Made by a program: the position numbers and the translations under genes. A DNA stretch of 20,000 nt. Origin: Chiloscyllium plagiosum (taxonomy: Eukaryota). The notes beneath the pieces are model-generated. The model had not been told where the DNA came from. It was given only the letters and a program-made list of their open reading frames with translations, and searched no databases. The DNA lies in contig NC_057719.1 in NCBI RefSeq assembly GCF_004010195.1, forward strand, positions 89,513,322 through 89,533,321, read 5' to 3'. Below, in pieces: positions 1 through 11,889 of the stretch (its first letter is position 1; each line of letters begins with the position of its first letter).

Positions 1-2503
1 AAGATTTTAATTTTTCCAGCATTGACTGGGATTCACATCATGTTAGAAGTTGAGATGGAGCAGGATTTGTGAGGAGAATCCAGGAGGCTTTTATCAAGCA
101 GTATGTAAATAGTCCAAGTCGGGAAAGGGCCATACTAGATCTGCTGTTGAGGAATGAGCCCGGCCAGGTGGTTGAAGTTTCAGTTGGTGATTACTTTGGG
201 AATAGTGGTCACAATTCTGTACATTTTAGAATAGTCATGGACATAGACGGGAATGGTGCTAAGGGAAGAGTGCTAAATTGGGTATAGGCCAACCATAGCA
301 AAATTCGGCAGGAGCTGTGGTTTGGGAGCAGCTGTTTGTGGGTAAGTCCACATTTGATATGTTGGGAGGCTTTTAAAGAGAGGTTAATCAGAGTGCAGGA
401 CAGACATGTCCATGTGACAATGTGGGATAGTAATGGCAGGATTAGGAAACCATGGATAACAGATGAAATTGTGAGACTAGCTAAGAGGAAAAAGGAAACA
501 TACATAATGTCTAGGCGACTGAAAACAGCTGAAGCTTTGGAAGAATATTGGGAAAGTAGGACCAGTCTGAAACGAGGAATTAAGAGGGCTAAAAGGGGTC
601 ATGAAGCATCTTAAGTAAACAGGATTAAGGAAAATCCCAAAGTCTTTTATTTGTATATAAGGAGCTAGAGGGTAATGAGAGAAAGGGTTGGCCCACTCAA
701 AGACAAAGGAGGAAAGTTATGCGTGGAGTCAGAGAAAATGGTGAAATTCTTAATGAGTACTTTGCATTGAAATTCACTGAGGAGAGGGACATGATGGATG
801 TTGAGGTTCGGGACAGATATTTGATTCCTCACGTCAAGTCAGCATAAGGAGGGAGGAAGTGTTGGGTGTTCTATAAGGCATTAAGGTGGATAAGTCCCCA
901 GGTCTAGATGTAATCTATCCCAGGTTAAGCGAGAGAGGAAATATCTGGGGCTTTAACAGATCTTTCTGGCATCCTTGAACATGGGATGACCGGAGAGTTG
1001 TTAATGTTGTCGCCTTGTTTAAGAAGGGTAGCAAGGATAGTCCAGGTAAGTATAGATCAATGGGCCTGACGTCAGTGGTTGGGAAGCTGCTGGAGAAGAT
1101 ACTGTGGGATAGGATTTATTTACGTTTGGAAGAAAATGAGCTTATCAGTGATAGGCAGCATAGTTTTGTGCTGGGTCGATAATGTCTTACCAACTTAATA
1201 GAATGCTTTGAGAAAGTGAAAAAGATGATTGATGAGGAAAGGGCTGTAGATGTCATATACATGGACTTCAGTAAGGTGTTTGATAAACATAGGCAAAAGT
1301 GAGGACTGCAGATGCTGGAGATTAGAGTTGACAGCAGGTCAGGCAGCATCCAAGGAGCAGAAGAATCGACGTTTCCGGTAAAAGCTCTTCAGGATGTTTG
1401 GTAAGGATCCCCACAGTAGACTGATGAAGACAGTGAAGTTGCATGGTGTCGCGGGTGTGCTGCTTAGCTGGATAGAGAACTGGTTGGGCAACAGAAGACA
1501 GTAGTAGTGGAAGGGAGTTCTCAGAATGGAGAACTGTGGTGTTCCACAGGGACCTGTGCTGGGATCACTTTGTGATGGACATAAATGATCGGGAGGAAGT
1601 ATAGGTGGTCTGATTAGCAAGTTTGTAGATGACACGAAGATTAAATTGCTGGAGTAGCAGACAGTGGAGGGGACTGTTAGAGAATGCAGCAGAATGTAGA
1701 TTGATTGGAGCGTTGGATGGAGAAATGGCAAATGGAGTTCAATCTGGGCAAAAGTGAGGTGACGCATTTGGAAGATCCAATTCTGGAGTGAACGATACGG
1801 TAAATGGAAAAGCCCTGGGCAAAATTGATGTACAGAGAGATCTGGGTGTTCGGGTCCATTGTTCTCTTAAGGTGGCAACACAGGTCAATAGAGCGATCAA
1901 GAATGCATAAGGCATGCTTTTCTTCATCGGACGGGATATTGAGTACAAGAGTTGGCAGGTCGTGTTACAGTTGTATCGGACTTTGGTTCGGCCACATTTG
2001 GGATATTGTGTACAGTTCTGGTCGCCACATTTCCAGAAGGATGTGGATGCTTTGGAGGTTCACCAGGATGTTGCCTGGTATGGAGGGAACTGGCTATGAA
2101 GACAGGTTGAGTAGATTAGGATTATTTTCATTACAAAGACAGAGGTTGAGGGGGCACCTGATTGAGGTCTATACAATCATGAGAGTTGATAGCAAAAAGC
2201 ATTTCACAGAATGGGGGAATCAGTTACTGGGGGTCACGAGTTCAAGGTAAGAAAGGCAAAGTTTAAGGGAGATATGCGTGGAAAGCTGTTTACACAGAGT
2301 GGTGGGTACTTGGACCACCTTGCCAGCGGAGATGGTAGAGGCCGGCACTTAAGATGTATCTGGACAGATATATGAATGGACAGGGAGCAGAGGGATACAG
2401 ATCCTTAGAAAACAGGCGATAGGTTCAGATCAAGGATCTGAATTGGCGCAGGCTTGGAGGGCCGAAGGGCCTGTTCCTGTGCTATAATTTTCCTTGTTCT
2501 TTG
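1..2503 (+). mobile_element. Decayed CR1-clade LINE (HER1-like): ORF2 from the APE endonuclease C-terminus through RT to the 3' tail; continues off the left edge
   Basis: Broken frames give DFNFSSIDW (3-29), RERAILDLLL, YMDFSKVFDK (1258-1286), GVPQGPVLG (~1538), KFVDDTK (~1619) and LYRTLVRPHLGYCVQFWSP. The 3' tail gggccgaagggcctgttcctgtgct (~2459) is shared with the HE1 SINE. Many stops and frameshifts. Confidence 0.95.
1287..1394 (-). mobile_element. Short PLE-terminus insertion (family B, tailed arm, decayed HHR) interrupting the CR1 RT
   Basis: TSD tgtttgataa (1277-1286) / tgtttggtaa (1395-1404). Removing the insert restores FDK-DPH (canonical FDKVPH). The reverse complement reads cCTGAAGAgcttttaccgGAAACGTCgattc and is homologous to 15874-15963. 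Confidence 0.85.
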
Positions 2504-2798
2504 AATGGCAGTACTTTGAAAGAGCAACAGTGGGATCTTAGGGTATTTGTGAAGAAATCCCCTGAGGCAGGTAAATAAGGTAGCTAAGAAGACGTATGGG
2601 ATACAACTTTACCAGCTGAGGCATAAATAATAGGGACAGGAAGGTAATGTTGGAACTGCGTAGGACTTGGTTAGGGCTTAGCTAGAGTACTGTGTGCAGT
2701 TCTCCTGTCCACACCAGAGAAAGGATGTGATTTCACTGGAGGGATGCAGAGGCGGTTATCTGCGATAGGGCAGTTCAGCTATGGGAGGCTGGATTAAC

Positions 2799-3000
2799 GT
2801 GATTCGATGACGCCGGTGTTGGACTGGGGTGTACAAAGTTAAAAATCACACAACACCAAGTTATAGTCCAACAGGTTTATTTGGAAACACTATCTTTCGG
2901 AGCACTGCTGCTTCACCTGATGAAGGAGCGTCGCTCCGAAAGCTAGTGCTTCCAAATAAACCTGTTGGACCATAACCTGGTGTTGTGTGATTTTTAACTT
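2799..3000. mobile_element. Palindromic PLE-derived element (family A): inverted arms, ~35-nt tail and central HHR
   Basis: ~82-bp inverted arms at 2834-2915 and 2921-3002; unpaired extension at 2799-2833; TSD tggattaac (2790-2798 / 3001-3009). Confidence 0.9.
2914..2948 (+). ncRNA. Minimal type I hammerhead ribozyme motif (intact core)
   Basis: cac-CTGATGA(2917-2923)-A-GGAGC gtc GCTCC-GAAA(2938-2941)-GC-TA-gtg. Stem I is cac/gtg; the palindromic AGCT stands in place of stem III. Confidence 0.75.
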
Positions 3001-3344
3001 TGGATTAACATGTCTTTTTTAGAGCAGAAAAGGTTGAGGAGTGACTGGATGAAGGTGTGTAAGATTGTGAAGAACAGAGTGAGTAGAAAGCAGCTGCTTC
3101 TCTGAGGTGAAGGATCAAAAGCAAAGTTGCACGATTTTACATTGGAAGGCAGATTTAGAGGGTATTTGAGGAAAACTTCCTTTTCACTCAGAGGATGGTG
3201 GGGTCTGGAATGTTTGACCTGAGAGGATAGTTGAGGCAGGTAACCTCACAAACTTTAAAAGCCACTTGGATGAGCATTTGATAATATTAAAGGCTACAGC
3301 CCTGGTGTTGGAAAGTGGGACGAGTGTAGATTTAGTGTAGCTTT

Positions 3345-4179
3345 GGCAATACAGACATGATGAGCTGAAGGGTGGCAGATGGAGTTTAATTTTAATAAAT
3401 GTGAGGTGCTGCATTTTAGAAAAGCAAAACAGGTCTGCACTTAGAAACTTAATGTTAAGGTGTTGGGGAGTGTTGCTGAACAAAGAGACCTTGTACTGTA
3501 AGTTCATAGCTCCTTGAAAGTGGAGTTGCAGGGAGATAGGATAATGAAGAAGGCATTTGGTATTGCCTTTGTTGGTCAGCATATTGAGTTCAGGAGTTGG
3601 GAGGTCATGTCGCTGTACAGGACGTTGATAAGGTCACTTTTGGAATGTTGCATGCAATTTGCATCTCCTTGCGATAGGAAGGGTGTTGTGAAACTTGGAA
3701 GGGTTCAGAAAAATTTACAAGTATGTTCTCAGGGTTGCAGGGTTTGAGATATCAGAAGAGGCTGAATAGGCTTGGGCTGTTTTCCCTGGAATATCAGAGG
3801 CTGAGGGATGACCTTTGTAAATCCATGAGGGTATGGATAGTGTGAATAGACAAAGTCTTTTCTCCACTGCGGCGAGTCCAAAATTAGAGTACATGGGTTT
3901 AAAGTGAGAGGGGAAAGATTTAAAAGGAACCAAAGGGGCAACTTCTCACACAGAGGGTCGTGTGTGTATCGAATGAGCTACCAAAGGAAGTTGTGGAGGC
4001 TGGCACAATTACAACATTTAAAAGGCATCTGAATGGGTATAAGATTAGGAAGAGTTTAGAGGAATATGGGTTAAATGCTGCCAAATGGGACTGGATTTAT
4101 TGAGGATATCTAAATGGACGAATTGGAGCGAAGTGTCTGCTTCTGTGCTGTACAGCTCTATTACTCTTTGTATGATTCT
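3345..4179 (+). mobile_element. 5'-truncated CR1 fragment with 3' tail
   Basis: WQMEFN..KCEVLHF (~3372) and LYRTLIRSLLECCMQF; 3' end ctgtgctgtacagctctattactct. Confidence 0.9.
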
Positions 4180-5183
4180 GAATGCAAAAGACCATCTTAA
4201 CTTCAACAAGTCTGCTGAAGTTATGACCAAAGTGAAAGGCTTTAAGTATTTTTATTGAAGGTGAGAAGGGGGTCAGGGCCGAGGAGAGAATTGTCGAGGA
4301 AGGGGGAAGTTTAGTTTCACTGTGTTTCGTTTCACAAAGCTTTTGCTTCTAAATTGATGTGCATCTTGATTTTCTGTTGATTCCTTTTCTGAATTATTAC
4401 AGAACCTACCTTTTCAGAGAGGCTCTGCTGATGCCAGCCAAAGAGTGGTTCATTGGCGTTAGTCACCCATGTTCTTAACTAGTTAGGAGTTGATAGAAAT
4501 TTTGGAATTTGAATTTTATAATGGTCAGTTTTGGAGAAACATCCAGGATCATGAAGGTAATCATTCCCAAACTCAACAGTGGATGGGATCTATAAGCAGC
4601 TGCATGTATCTCCTGGCCTGAAACAATCACCTCTCCGAAAGGTTGACATTAAAATCAGGTTGCATCTTTAAAAAATGTTCTGCTGAATATAAATTTATCC
4701 CCAACTTAGGCTGACGTTCCCTATTTCGGCACATCACGTAGCTCATGAGTGATTGTTTGTGAACTCTCTAATGTCAATGTGCAGAGATATGAATGAAAAT
4801 CTTTTTGAAGTTGAAAGCATTACTAACTTTTTTTTCGAAAGCTCTTAAACATTGGTGCAATTGAATAACATTTAGTCAGTGTTGTAGCTGGTTTTAAAAA
4901 ATAAATTTTGCATCTTGCATTAAGTTTCATCAGTAATAAACAAGATTGATATTAAAATATATTGTCATGTATGAGCACAAAATCAAATCTTATTTGCTAT
5001 TCATAACATTCTTAGTTACGATTTGAGGTTTAGGGCTTTGCCATTTTATTTATGCATTTATTTTCCATCTTTGTGAACAGTGTTTAGTGAATTCACCTCT
5101 GCAAGTTTGAATAATTACAAGGTTTGAGTGCAAAGTATTAAAATCTTGCACATCAAAATTAGTGTCCTGTATTACAACCAGGT

Positions 5184-5479
5184 GGGCGGCAGGGACTGTG
5201 TCTCAGCGTCAGGGACCCGGGTTTGATTCCTGCCTCGAGTGACTGTGTGGAATTTGCACATTCTTCCTGTGTCTGCGTGGGTTTCCTCCCCAATCCAAAG
5301 ATGTGCAGGTTGGGTGAATTGACCATGCTAAATTGCCCATAGCATTAGGTGCATTAGCCAGGGGTAAATATAGGGTAGGGGAATAGGTCTGGGTGGGTTA
5401 CTCTTCGGAGGGTCGGTGTGGACTTGTTGGGCCAAATGGCCTGTTTCCGTACTATAGGGAATGTAATGAAAATCTAAAA
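5184..5479 (+). mobile_element. HE1-type V-SINE, older copy with internal deletions
   Basis: Aligns with 14217-14530; degenerate B box ggtttgattcc, V-domain tgtctgcgtgggtttcctcc, CR1-like tail; A box deleted. Confidence 0.9.
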
Positions 5480-6286
5480 GCATATGTTCAATTAATGAAA
5501 TGAAAGCAATGTTTCAATCTCTGATGAACTGTGCAATGGTATATACACCATGAAGCCTGAGTGTGAGGTAAGCTGATTCCATGAATTTTGACAATGACAT
5601 CATGCTTTTTTTCTAACCCACAGGTCAGTAATATTTTGTTATGAACATGCTGACAATAACCATTGCTTAGTAGAAAGTTCATCTGCTTATAATTAATAAA
5701 TAATGACAGACTAACTGATACGATTTTGTTTTTCTCCTTGTGTTAATTTTTAAGGTTTAATACATCCATTAGACTTTTAACATTGTAGATTAAGTAAGTT
5801 TATCATTCACAATGGGGATGAAGCTGGTGTCTGTTCTTTCGATGCACTTAATTCATGTTCCAAGGCTTAGTGCGGTGTTTTTTCTTAGACTGTCATTCAA
5901 ATGGCTGTTTTGAGGCCATTAAGCTAAATAAAAGTAATGTTTTTGCTATTCAGGATTCACAATTTCAAAGGGTGAAACGGCCTTTTTGTTTTGTTGATGA
6001 GAATTGGCAGTGAGTATTAGGCAAGAAATGTTTCAACTAGAAAGCTAGATATTTTCTGGAAGCTTGACAGGATTTTTTTTCCCTCCCCATGGGAAATGCT
6101 GAAGCCATTTGTGGCAGGGTGACAAAGTTCTGATTGAGACTAGTTACTCCAGCAGAGAATGAGAATTGAATTTCAAGCTACACCTGAATATCCTGGAATC
6201 CAGCAGTGACTCTTAGTTTTATGTACAACAAAGAAGCCACCGTTTTTAACACCACTCCCTGTTCCCTTGACTGTTCATCTTAACAT

Positions 6287-6470
6287 GATTTGGAGATGCT
6301 GGTGTTGGATTTGGGTGTACAAAGTTAAAAATCACACAACACCAGGTTATAGTCCAACAGGTTTAATTGGAAGCACACTAGCTTTCGGAGCAACGTGATG
6401 AAGGAACGTCGCTCCGAAAGCTAGTGTGCTTCCAATTAAACCTGTTGGACTATAACCTGGTGTTGTGATT
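6287..6470. mobile_element. Palindromic PLE-derived element (family A), second copy with truncated HHR
   Basis: Highly similar to 2799-3000. Perfect 13-bp TSD ttcatcttaacat (6274-6286 / 6471-6483). The centre gTGATGAAGGAACGTCGCTCCGAAAGCTA lacks C3 and has a stem II mismatch. Confidence 0.9.
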
Positions 6471-6489
6471 TTCATCTTAACATTACATT

Positions 6490-6620
6490 TAAAAAAAAAT
6501 CATGGGATGAGAGCATCACTGGCTAGGCTAACATTTATTGCTCATTCCTAATTGCCCAGAGGGCTGTTAAGAGTCAATCACTTGCTGTAGCTCTGGAGTC
6601 ACGTGTAGGCCAGATGGCAT
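6490..6620 (-). mobile_element. 3' fragment of a SINE bearing an RTE-X-like LINE tail
   Basis: catgggatg...catttattgctcattcctaattgccc resembles the tail remnants at 7253-7490 and ~11900, followed by a non-LINE body. Confidence 0.6.
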
Positions 6621-6699
6621 TAAAGAAATGAGCTCAGGAACTCTTTGATATTAAGATTGAGGCTGTGTGATCGGCTGCTTCAGTCACTTTGCTCCTTTT

Positions 6700-7245
6700 C
6701 CCTTATACTACCAGATTCTCCCTTGGCTTCGTCTTGAGCTCTCATTTATTTCCAGTTCACTTTTATTTTTTCATAACCCAACTCTGAATTTCAAGTCCTT
6801 AAACCTCACATTCTACTTCCTCAGCATGATTCCTACTAAACTGCTAATCACCAGCTTCTCCTGGCATTCATGTTCACTGATCACATAAATGCTGTCCTTC
6901 AGTTGCGTTGTCCTTTCCTTTAAAATTGCTGTTATCACTCTTCTCTTCAAAGCAAAACTCCTTTGATTCAGCCACCCTTGAAAATTAACACCCCCTTTCC
7001 AAACTCACTTCCTTTTCCAAATTATTAAACATGTTTTTTGCCTCCCAATTCTGTACCTGTCTTTTCCTGAATTCCACATTGCAATCTCCAGTCAGGTTTT
7101 TGCCCCTATTTAGTTACCAAAACTGATCTTGTGTAAGTCACAAATGTTAGCCTGTTTGTGACAAAAGTAAATTATCCATTTTTGTCCTTGTTAAAGGCTA
7201 CATGTTGGCCACAATTTCACAGTCATTGTTTGCTGGGGGGAGTGG
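6700..7245 (+). mobile_element. Ancient L2-clade LINE RT fragment
   Basis: Across frameshifts: IPTKLL, SFKIAVITLL, QSGF-P, T-TDL--VTN, DKSKLSIFVL, matching the L2 RT N-terminal motif order. Confidence 0.7.
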
Positions 7246-7252
7246 GAAGACA

Positions 7253-8035
7253 TTTTTTTTTGCTGATTCATTTGTAGGATGTGATCAGTACTCATTATAA
7301 TTTGTGTTTTGGTGCACGGACATGAAGTTTGCATGGCATTGACTTCCAAAATCAGAAATTAATGGTCCTCATGTCAAACTTCAGAGGACCCTCTGAAGGT
7401 TCATTTAGCCACGCAGTTTGGATGAAAAGATTGGACGTAGGTGTCATTTGTTACGTAAGCATGTATTGTCCAGTCCTAACTTTCTTGAGACTTTAGACTG
7501 CTGTAGTCCATGTGGAATAGGGATAGCTATAATGCTATTAGGAAGAGAGTTCCAGCATTTTGATTCAGCAGCAGTGAAGGAACAGTGATGCAGTTCCAAG
7601 TCCGGATGGTGTGTGCGTCTTGCAGGCGATAGTGTTTCCGTATGTTGTCTTCTTGGTGGTATGTTGTCTTCTTGTGGGGTTGGAAGATACCGTTGAAGGG
7701 GCTGTTGAGTTGCTGCAGTATATCTTGTGGATGGGGCACTGTGCTGCCACTATGTTGGCAATGGGGCAAGTGAATTTAGAAGATATGGTTTCAGTCAAGT
7801 AGGCTGCTTTGCCTTGGATGTCGTCAAGTTTTCTTGTTTGGCTGGAGCTGCATTTATCTAAACAAATGATGAATGTTCCATTATAGACCTGACTTATGCC
7901 ATGCAAATGGGAAGTTTGGAAGTGAGTTACTTGCCATGAAAGTTCTAACCTCTCAATTGCTGTTATAGCTCAATGATCCACATAGCTGGATCCAGTTCAG
8001 TTTCTTGGCTGTAGTAACCCCAGGATGTTGATACG
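7253..8035 (-). mobile_element. Decayed RTE-X-like LINE 3' portion
   Basis: Minus-strand RKLDDIQGKAAYL, HKIYCSNS, HTIRTWNCITVPS, WNSLP; poly-T (polyA tail) at ~7253-7261. Clade assignment is from motif memory. Confidence 0.75.
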
Positions 8036-8283
8036 TTGTATGAGTATATGATACCAGCCACAGCCAATATCTGATTGGGGATTGTTATGGATCAGGCTGG
8101 ATCCCCTCAAAATACTTTAAGAAGGTAGCCAAACCCTAACTTTTTTCTTATTTTAAAGGCAGATATGAAGTGGATATTCCAGGTGCGTTGCACTGGTCAA
8201 ACCATTCAGCTTTAAGCAAAACAGAATTTATTTAAACACTACAGATAAAACAGGAACAAAAGAAAATGGAATTTAGAATAACT

Positions 8284-8486
8284 CATAGGACATAGAACAT
8301 TACAGAGTAGAACATGCCCTTCGGCCCTCGATGTTGCGCCGACCTGTGGAACCAATCTATCCTACACGATTCCATTTTCATCCATATGTTTATCCAATGA
8401 CCATTTAAATGCCCTTAAAGTTGGTGTGTCTACTGCTGGTGCAAGCAATGTGTTTCACGCTCCTACTACTCTCCAAGTAAAGAACT
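8284..8486 (-). mobile_element. Short CR1 3'-end fragment
   Basis: Reverse tail cataggacatagaacat and gcccttcggccc; short TSD taact (8279-8283 / 8487-8491). Confidence 0.8.
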
Positions 8487-8532
8487 TAACTATCGGAAAA
8501 CCTAACTGACCCGATATAGCAACTTAACTAAG

Positions 8533-11403
8533 GTACAGCATGCAGAGAGTGTATGAGGATGGATAAACAGTTGATAGGGCAAAGTTACAATCAATGTGAT
8601 GGGTTGAAGTGTGTCTATGTTAATGCAAGAAGTATCAGGAATAAGGATGATGAACTTAGAGCATAGATAAGTACTTGGAGCTGCGATGTTGTGGCCATTA
8701 TGGAGACTTGGATATTACTGGGGCAAGAATGGTTGTTGGATGTTCTAGGGTTTAGATGTTTCAAAAGAAGAGAGGGAGGGGTAAAAGACATGGGGGAATG
8801 GTATTGCTCATCAGGGATAGTATCACAGCTGTAGAAAGGGAGGTTGTCAAGGCGGGTTTGTCTACTGAGTTAGTATGGGTGGAAGTCAGAAACAGGAAAG
8901 GTGCAGCCACTTTATTGGGAGTTTTCTATAGAACTCCCAATAGCAACAGAAACCCGGAGGACCAAATTGAGAGGAAGATTTTGGAAAGGTGCAGAAGTAA
9001 CAGGGTTGTTGTCATGTGTGACTTTAACTTTCCTAATATTGGTTGGAAACTCCTCTAAGTTCAAATAGTTTGGATGGAACAATTTTTGAATGTCCAGGAA
9101 GAATTCCAACTGGGGGGGAGGCAGTATTGGATATGGTGTTTGGCAACAAATCAGGCCAGGTGTCAGATCTCTTGGTGGGAGAGCATTTCAGCAATAGTGA
9201 CCACAACGCCCTGATCTTTACTATAGTCATGGAGAGGGATTGGAGCAGCTGGTATAGGAAAGTATTTAATTGTGGGAGGGTGATTTACAATGCTATTAGG
9301 CAGGAACTAGGGTGCCTAAATTGGGAACAGCTGTTCTCAACAAAATATACGACAAAAATGTGGAGGTTGTTTCGGGAGCACTTGCTGATAGCGCTGGATA
9401 GGTTTGTCCCACTGAGGCAAGGAAGGGATGGTAGGGTGAAGGAACCTTGGGTGACAAGCAATGTGGAACATCTACTCAAGAGGAGAAGGAAGCTGACTTG
9501 AGTTTTAGGAGGCAAGGATCTGACAGGACTCTAGAGGGTTACAAGGTGGCCAGGAAGGAACTGAAGAATAGACTTAGGAGAGCTAGAAGGGGGCATGAAA
9601 ATGCTTTAGTGGGTAGGATTAAGGAAAACCCTAAGGCATTCTACACTTGGAGGAACAAGAGGATGACAGAGTGAGGGTAGGGCCGATCAGGGACAGTGGA
9701 GGGAACGTGTGCCTGGATTCGGAAGGTATAGGGGAGGTCCTTAATGTATACTTTGCTTCAGTATTCACTACTGAGAGGGACCTTAACATTTTTGAGGACA
9801 GCGTGAAATAGGCTGAAATGCTGGAACATGTTGATGTTAAGAAGAAGGATGTGCTTGAAGTTTTGAAAACATAAGATTAATCAAGTCCGCTGGACCAGAT
9901 GGGATATAACCAAGGTTACTACAGTAAGTGAAAGAAGAGACTGCTGCACCTTTGGTGATGATCTTTGCTTCCTCACTATCTACTGGAATAGTGCCAGATG
10001 ATTGGAGGGTTACAAATATTATTCCTTTGTTTAAGAAAGGGAATAAAGATAATCCCTGGAATTAGAGATCAGTCAGGCTTACATCTGTGGTGGGCAGGTT
10101 ATTGGAGAGGATTCAGAGAGACAGAATTTATGATTACTTGGAAAAGCATTGTTTGCTTGGAGGTATTCAGTAACAACTTTGAGAGGGGAAGTCGTGCCTC
10201 ACGAGCCTTATTGAATTATTTCAGATGTGACAAAAGACATTGAAGGTAGAGCAGTGGATGTGGTGTACATGGACTTTAGCAAGGCTTTTGATAAGGTTCC
10301 CCATGGTAAGCTTATTCAGAAGGTAAGGAGTTATGAGATACAGGGAAATGTGCCTGTCTGGACACAGAATTGGTTCACCCATAGATGACCAAGGGTGGTA
10401 ATAGATGGAAAGTATTTTGCCTGGAGCTGGGTGATGAGTGATGTTCCACAGGGATCTGTTCTGGGACCTCTTTGTGATTTCTATTAATGGATTGGATGAG
10501 GAAGCGGCAGGGTGTGCTAGTAGGTTTGCCGATAACACAAAGGTTGGTGGAGTGGTGAATAGTTGTTGGTTGCAAAGAGACATTGACAGGATGCAGAACT
10601 GGGTTGATAAGTGGCAGATGGAGTTCAATCTGGATAAATGTGAGGTGATTCATTTTAGAATGTTGACTTTGAATGCATAATACAGGGTTAAAGGCAGGAT
10701 TTTGCCAGTGTAGAGGAACAGAGGGATCATGGGCTCCATGATCCTGCAAAGTTGCCACCCAAGGTGATAGGGTTGTTACGAAGGCATATAGTGCGTTGGC
10801 TTTCATTAGCAGGGGGATTGAGTTTAAGAATCGTGAGGTTATGCTTCAGCTGTATAAAGGCATGGTTAGACCACACTTGGAATATTGTGTTCAGTTCTGG
10901 TCGCCTCATTAAAGGAAGGATATGGAAGCTTTAGAGAGGGTGCAGAGGAGATTTACCAAGATGCTGCCTGAACTGGAGGGCAGACTGGACTGAAGAAAGG
11001 ATGAGGGAGCTACGGCTTCTCTCATTGGAGTGAAGAAGCATGAGAGGCGAATTGACAGAGATGTACAAGATGGTGAGGCATTGATAGAATGAATAGTCAG
11101 AGACTTTTTCCCAGGGCAGAAATGGTCATCACGAGGGGGCATCATTTTAAGCTGATTGGAGGACGGTTTAGGGGAGATTTCAGAGGTCGGTTCTTTACAC
11201 AGTGTGTGGTGGGTGTGTAGAATGCACTGCCAGCGGTAGCAGAGTCAGATACATTAGGGACATTTAAGCGACCCTAGGATAGGCGCATGGATGATAGTAA
11301 AATGAAAAGTCTGTAAATTAGTTTGATCATAGAATAGGATAAAAAGTCAGCGAAACGTCAAGAGCCAAAATGCCTGTATTGTCTACACTGTTCTATGTTC
11401 TAT
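8533..11403 (+). mobile_element. CR1 LINE with a nearly complete but pseudogenised ORF2 (APE endonuclease + RT)
   Basis: GLKCVYVNARSIRNK (8601), VAIMETW, GVFYRTPNS, CDFNFPNI, SDHN, YMDFSKAFDKVPH (~10266), VPQGSVLG, RFADNTK, VRPHLEYCVQFWSP; gttctat tail repeats at ~11390-11403. Confidence 0.95.
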
Positions 11404-11569
11404 TTTGTGTGAACTGTTCCAATTCAGTAGCATCCCATAAACACACTCTTTGACAAAAAGGTAAACTGAAACACAGATTCTTACAGGCAGAAGGGAACAA
11501 CATCTAAAGAGACTTCAAAGAGCAAATCAGTCAGGAATCATCTGAAGTTTACAACTTTTCCTGGACTGC

Positions 11570-11778
11570 AGCATCTAGTGACTGCTACAGCTAAACCAAA
11601 CTAGAAAAAAAACCTGAACTGGGACAACTGACCACTCCCTTGCCATTGTTAAACTAGAGGAGGAAGTGAGGTCTGCAGATGCTGGAGTGAGCATCTAGTG
11701 ACTGCTACAGCTAAACCAAACTAGAAAAAAAACCTGAACTGGGACAACTGACCACTCCCTTGCCATTGTTAAACTAGA
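11570..11778. repeat. Perfect 89-bp direct repeat (11570-11658 / 11690-11778) flanking a 31-bp PLE family B tail
   Basis: The two copies are identical at offset 120. The spacer ggaggaagtgaggtctgcagatgctggagtg matches 1297-1320 and the reverse complement of ~13219-13245. Confidence 0.9.
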
Positions 11779-11889
11779 CACTTTCTCGACCCCTCAGCAT
11801 CTCTGCATTTATGACATCCCATTTTAAAAAAAATCCCAAGACTAAAATAACCTTGTTAAAGTGACAGCATTGTCACAGTTGTGTTCGTC

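Larger units (their letters stand above)
2504..3340 (+). mobile_element. 5'-truncated older CR1 fragment (RT C-terminus and 3' end)
   Basis: DLRVF, RTWLGL/LEYCVQF and F-TQR-V-VWN-L type motifs in broken frames; interrupted by 2799-3000. Boundaries are approximate. Confidence 0.8.
8083..11877 (-). mobile_element. Probable solo LTR (~0.6 kb after removing inserts) split by nested CR1 and PLE insertions
   Basis: Termini TGTTATG...TGTCACA (TG..CA, imperfect inverted ends); antisense AATAAA at ~8227; non-coding. No TSD found. Confidence 0.5.

Noticed and set aside
2799..3000. DNA-transposon MITE, terminator or pre-miRNA reading of the palindromes
   Set aside because: Variable TSD length, a one-sided tail, variable centres and the HHR core fit inverted PLE termini better.
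4380..4562. Possible exon with acceptor- and donor-like sites
   Set aside because: No convincing continuous open frame or recognisable protein.
11570..11778. CRISPR-like repeat-spacer unit
   Set aside because: Eukaryotic context, only two 89-bp repeats, and the spacer is a PLE tail.
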